From a virus (Duplodnaviria > Caudoviricetes): a stretch of DNA of 28,107 bases. Of this stretch, positions 26,646 through 28,107 are shown one piece after another (the stretch's first letter is position 1; the number at the start of each line of letters is the position of its first letter). The stretch is from positions 1-28,107 of IMG/VR virus record IMGVR_UViG_3300016649_000292. One strand, written 5' to 3'. Made by a program: the position numbers and the translations under genes. The notes beneath the pieces were generated by a model. That model searched no databases and was not told the DNA's origin. It was given only the letters and a program-made list of their open reading frames with translations.

Positions 26646-26827
26646 TAATGAAATTCTCCCGCTTCGTTTTGGATGCGGGTAGCCTCAACGCGTAAAGCTT
26701 CGGCGGCTTCAGTGCCGGTCATTGCCTGCTTGATGATGAAACATGCGATAGCCTCAAGACGTGCAGCGAATACGGCTGCACGATTTAAACGTTCGTCAGA
26801 ACGAGCTTCATTTATGATTTCTTCCAT
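26645..26827 (-). CDS. DUF2732-like early protein
   Basis: EARSDER...ARLEAIA...EAAEALRVEA pattern; position upstream of the Zn-finger gene. Confidence 0.75.
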   Translation of the reverse strand: MEEIINEARSDERLNRAAVFAARLEAIACFIIKQAMTGTEAAEALRVEATRIQNEAGEFH

Positions 26828-26893
26828 TATCCAATCCTGTTTTTAGGCAAAAGAATGCCCGGCGGGTTGAACGCCAATTAAATTTCAGATGTA

Positions 26894-27220
26894 TTAATGT
26901 TCTATGTTGAGAACTGAGTCGGTTTCACTAATAAAGGCCGGAAGCGCGTTACCAAACTCAATGAGTGAGTTAAGTGCTTCAATGACCTTTATTCTTTCAC
27001 TGTGCGCCAATTCAAAGAAACGCATATTGATATGACGACTTTTCAATCCAGCATGGAAGCAGATCAATTTGCGCACGGTCGGCGTACTTTCATCAAACGT
27101 TTCCTGCGCAATATTTTTCTGGCTGGTCAGCATTTTTCGGATCCCGATAATATGCTGAAAACATGCCTCTCTTTTTTCCTTCGGGATACTTTCCGAATAG
27201 CTCAATGTTTGCGATTGCAT
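26894..27220 (-). CDS. Conserved P2-like early protein (DUF5347-like, tentative)
   Basis: Start reassigned to ATG 27220 (GAGG RBS); RKLICFHAGLKSRHINMRF motif typical of P2-like early operons. Confidence 0.6.
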   Translation of the reverse strand: MQSQTLSYSESIPKEKREACFQHIIGIRKMLTSQKNIAQETFDESTPTVRKLICFHAGLKSRHINMRFFELAHSERIKVIEALNSLIEFGNALPAFISETDSVLNIEH

Positions 27221-27227
27221 AGACACC

Positions 27228-27392
27228 TCAACTAAAGAAGCGTTTGTAGAAGGGCTTCCGGATCGAACCGGTTGAATACATTTGCGGTTTAGCTGGATTC
27301 CAGCGTTTGCCACCTGGTAGCTCAATCCAGCCATGTCCAAAACTGCGGGAAGGGTTTTGTCTTTTCAGCAGTGGTGCAACTGAGATAACCAT
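27228..27392 (-). CDS. Fil/Orf78-like small early protein (54 aa)
   Basis: MVISVAPLLKRQNPSRSFGHGWIELPGGKRWNPAK; GHGWI...GKRW-P motif; GAGGGG RBS. Not in the ORF track. Confidence 0.75.
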   Translation of the reverse strand: MVISVAPLLKRQNPSRSFGHGWIELPGGKRWNPAKPQMYSTGSIRKPFYKRFFS

Positions 27393-27401
27393 TTCCCCTC
27401 C

Positions 27402-27674
27402 TTAACGTGGCTCGCCCAAGCCCAGCCACATTAGCCAGCCGTCGCGAATCTCTTTTGGACGCTTTTCAAACGCTAACTTCATACCTGCGTTCCAGGCAGG
27501 GAGGTAAACCCAGTTTTCCGCGCGTGCTGTAGGATTTTCAGGGTTACGCATTTCGACAATTGGGAGCTTGCCAGCTTCAATCATTCCTTTAACTGCTGCG
27601 GGCGTTTTGCCAATTGCCTTAGCAAATTCCGAATACGGCAGGACATCCGACACACTTACGATTTGTTTGCCCAT
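27402..27674 (-). CDS. cox: Cox repressor / recombination directionality factor
   Basis: PYSEFAKAIGKT...WVYLPAWN...RPKEIRDGWLMWLGLGEPR, closely matching P2 Cox. Confidence 0.95.
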   Translation of the reverse strand: MGKQIVSVSDVLPYSEFAKAIGKTPAAVKGMIEAGKLPIVEMRNPENPTARAENWVYLPAWNAGMKLAFEKRPKEIRDGWLMWLGLGEPR

Positions 27675-27760
27675 CTGCTAATCTCTCCGATAGTGTAATT
27701 AATTGCCTATAACTGCTTTTAATTGCCAATGGTGGCAAATTTCCGCCTTACAATGGTCAC

Positions 27761-27789
27761 ATTATTTGACGATGGTATAATTATGTCAA
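27761..27789 (-). promoter_or_regulatory. Early lytic promoter Pe
   Basis: Minus strand TTGACA (27789-27784), 17-nt spacer, AATAAT (27766-27761), overlapping the start of C. Confidence 0.7.
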
Positions 27790-28082
27790 TAGAGGTATCG
27801 GAGAAAATCAAGCTCATCCGTGAGTCGGAGAGGCTTACTCGTAAGGATTTCAGTGAGTTAACTGGAATTAAATATGCAACACTTTCGAGCTATGAAAATG
27901 GAACGAAAGGCATGAGCTTAGAAATGACGATGAAACTTCTGAATCAGCCTAAGTTCACAAAATACACAATGTGGTTTATGACTGATCAAATTTCCCCTGA
28001 AGCCGGACAGATCGCGCCGGTTCTCGCACACTTTGGGCAGGACGAAACAATGTCGTCCCACTCCGACAAAAAGACTGGTTAA
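27783..28082 (+). CDS. C: Immunity repressor C (99 aa, HTH)
   Basis: MSIEVSEKIKLIRESE...FTKYTMWFMTDQISPEAGQIAPVLAHFGQ...KKTG, P2 C pattern; divergent from cox. Confidence 0.93.
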   Translation: MSIEVSEKIKLIRESERLTRKDFSELTGIKYATLSSYENGTKGMSLEMTMKLLNQPKFTKYTMWFMTDQISPEAGQIAPVLAHFGQDETMSSHSDKKTG

Positions 28083-28107
28083 CGCTACATTTCGACTTTT
28101 TACGTTT

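Larger units (their letters stand above)
1..28107. mobile_element. P2-like prophage (both ends lie outside the window)
   Basis: Complete P2 gene order from E to C. Confidence 0.97.

Noticed and set aside
1-28107. CRISPR array, tRNA, integrase or att site, tail-fibre invertase
   Set aside because: None seen. The integrase and att site are expected beyond the right edge, after C.

Overview
The window is most of a P2-like (Peduovirus-type) prophage. From left to right it holds tail chaperone E (partial), tube FII, sheath FI, tail fibre G/H, baseplate I/J/W/V, tail completion S/R, the lysis cassette, head genes L/M/N/O, terminase P, portal Q, a cos-like region, rolling-circle initiator A with its internal ori, small early genes and the P2-type cox/C switch. 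Three positions carry cargo. (1) Between G and FI is a 47-aa ORF missing from the ORF track, behind a three-GATC, OxyR-like element. (2) Between V and S is an AT-rich four-gene cassette: a 2-TM/coiled-coil protein, an ImmA/IrrE Zn-peptidase, a Beta-family protein and a convergent PD-(D/E)XK (sce7726/MmcB-like) protein. It is the best candidate for an undescribed defence system. (3) Between Q and A are a PD-(D/E)XK-like nuclease, a membrane gene flanked by inverted repeats, and a complete retron (ncRNA plus RT-TIR fusion) whose TIR C-terminus is split by a -1 frameshift exactly at an A_AAA_AAG slippery heptamer. A shortened cos core and a decayed A C-terminal tail hint at incipient prophage decay. 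All family calls come from motif recognition and synteny, not database searches.
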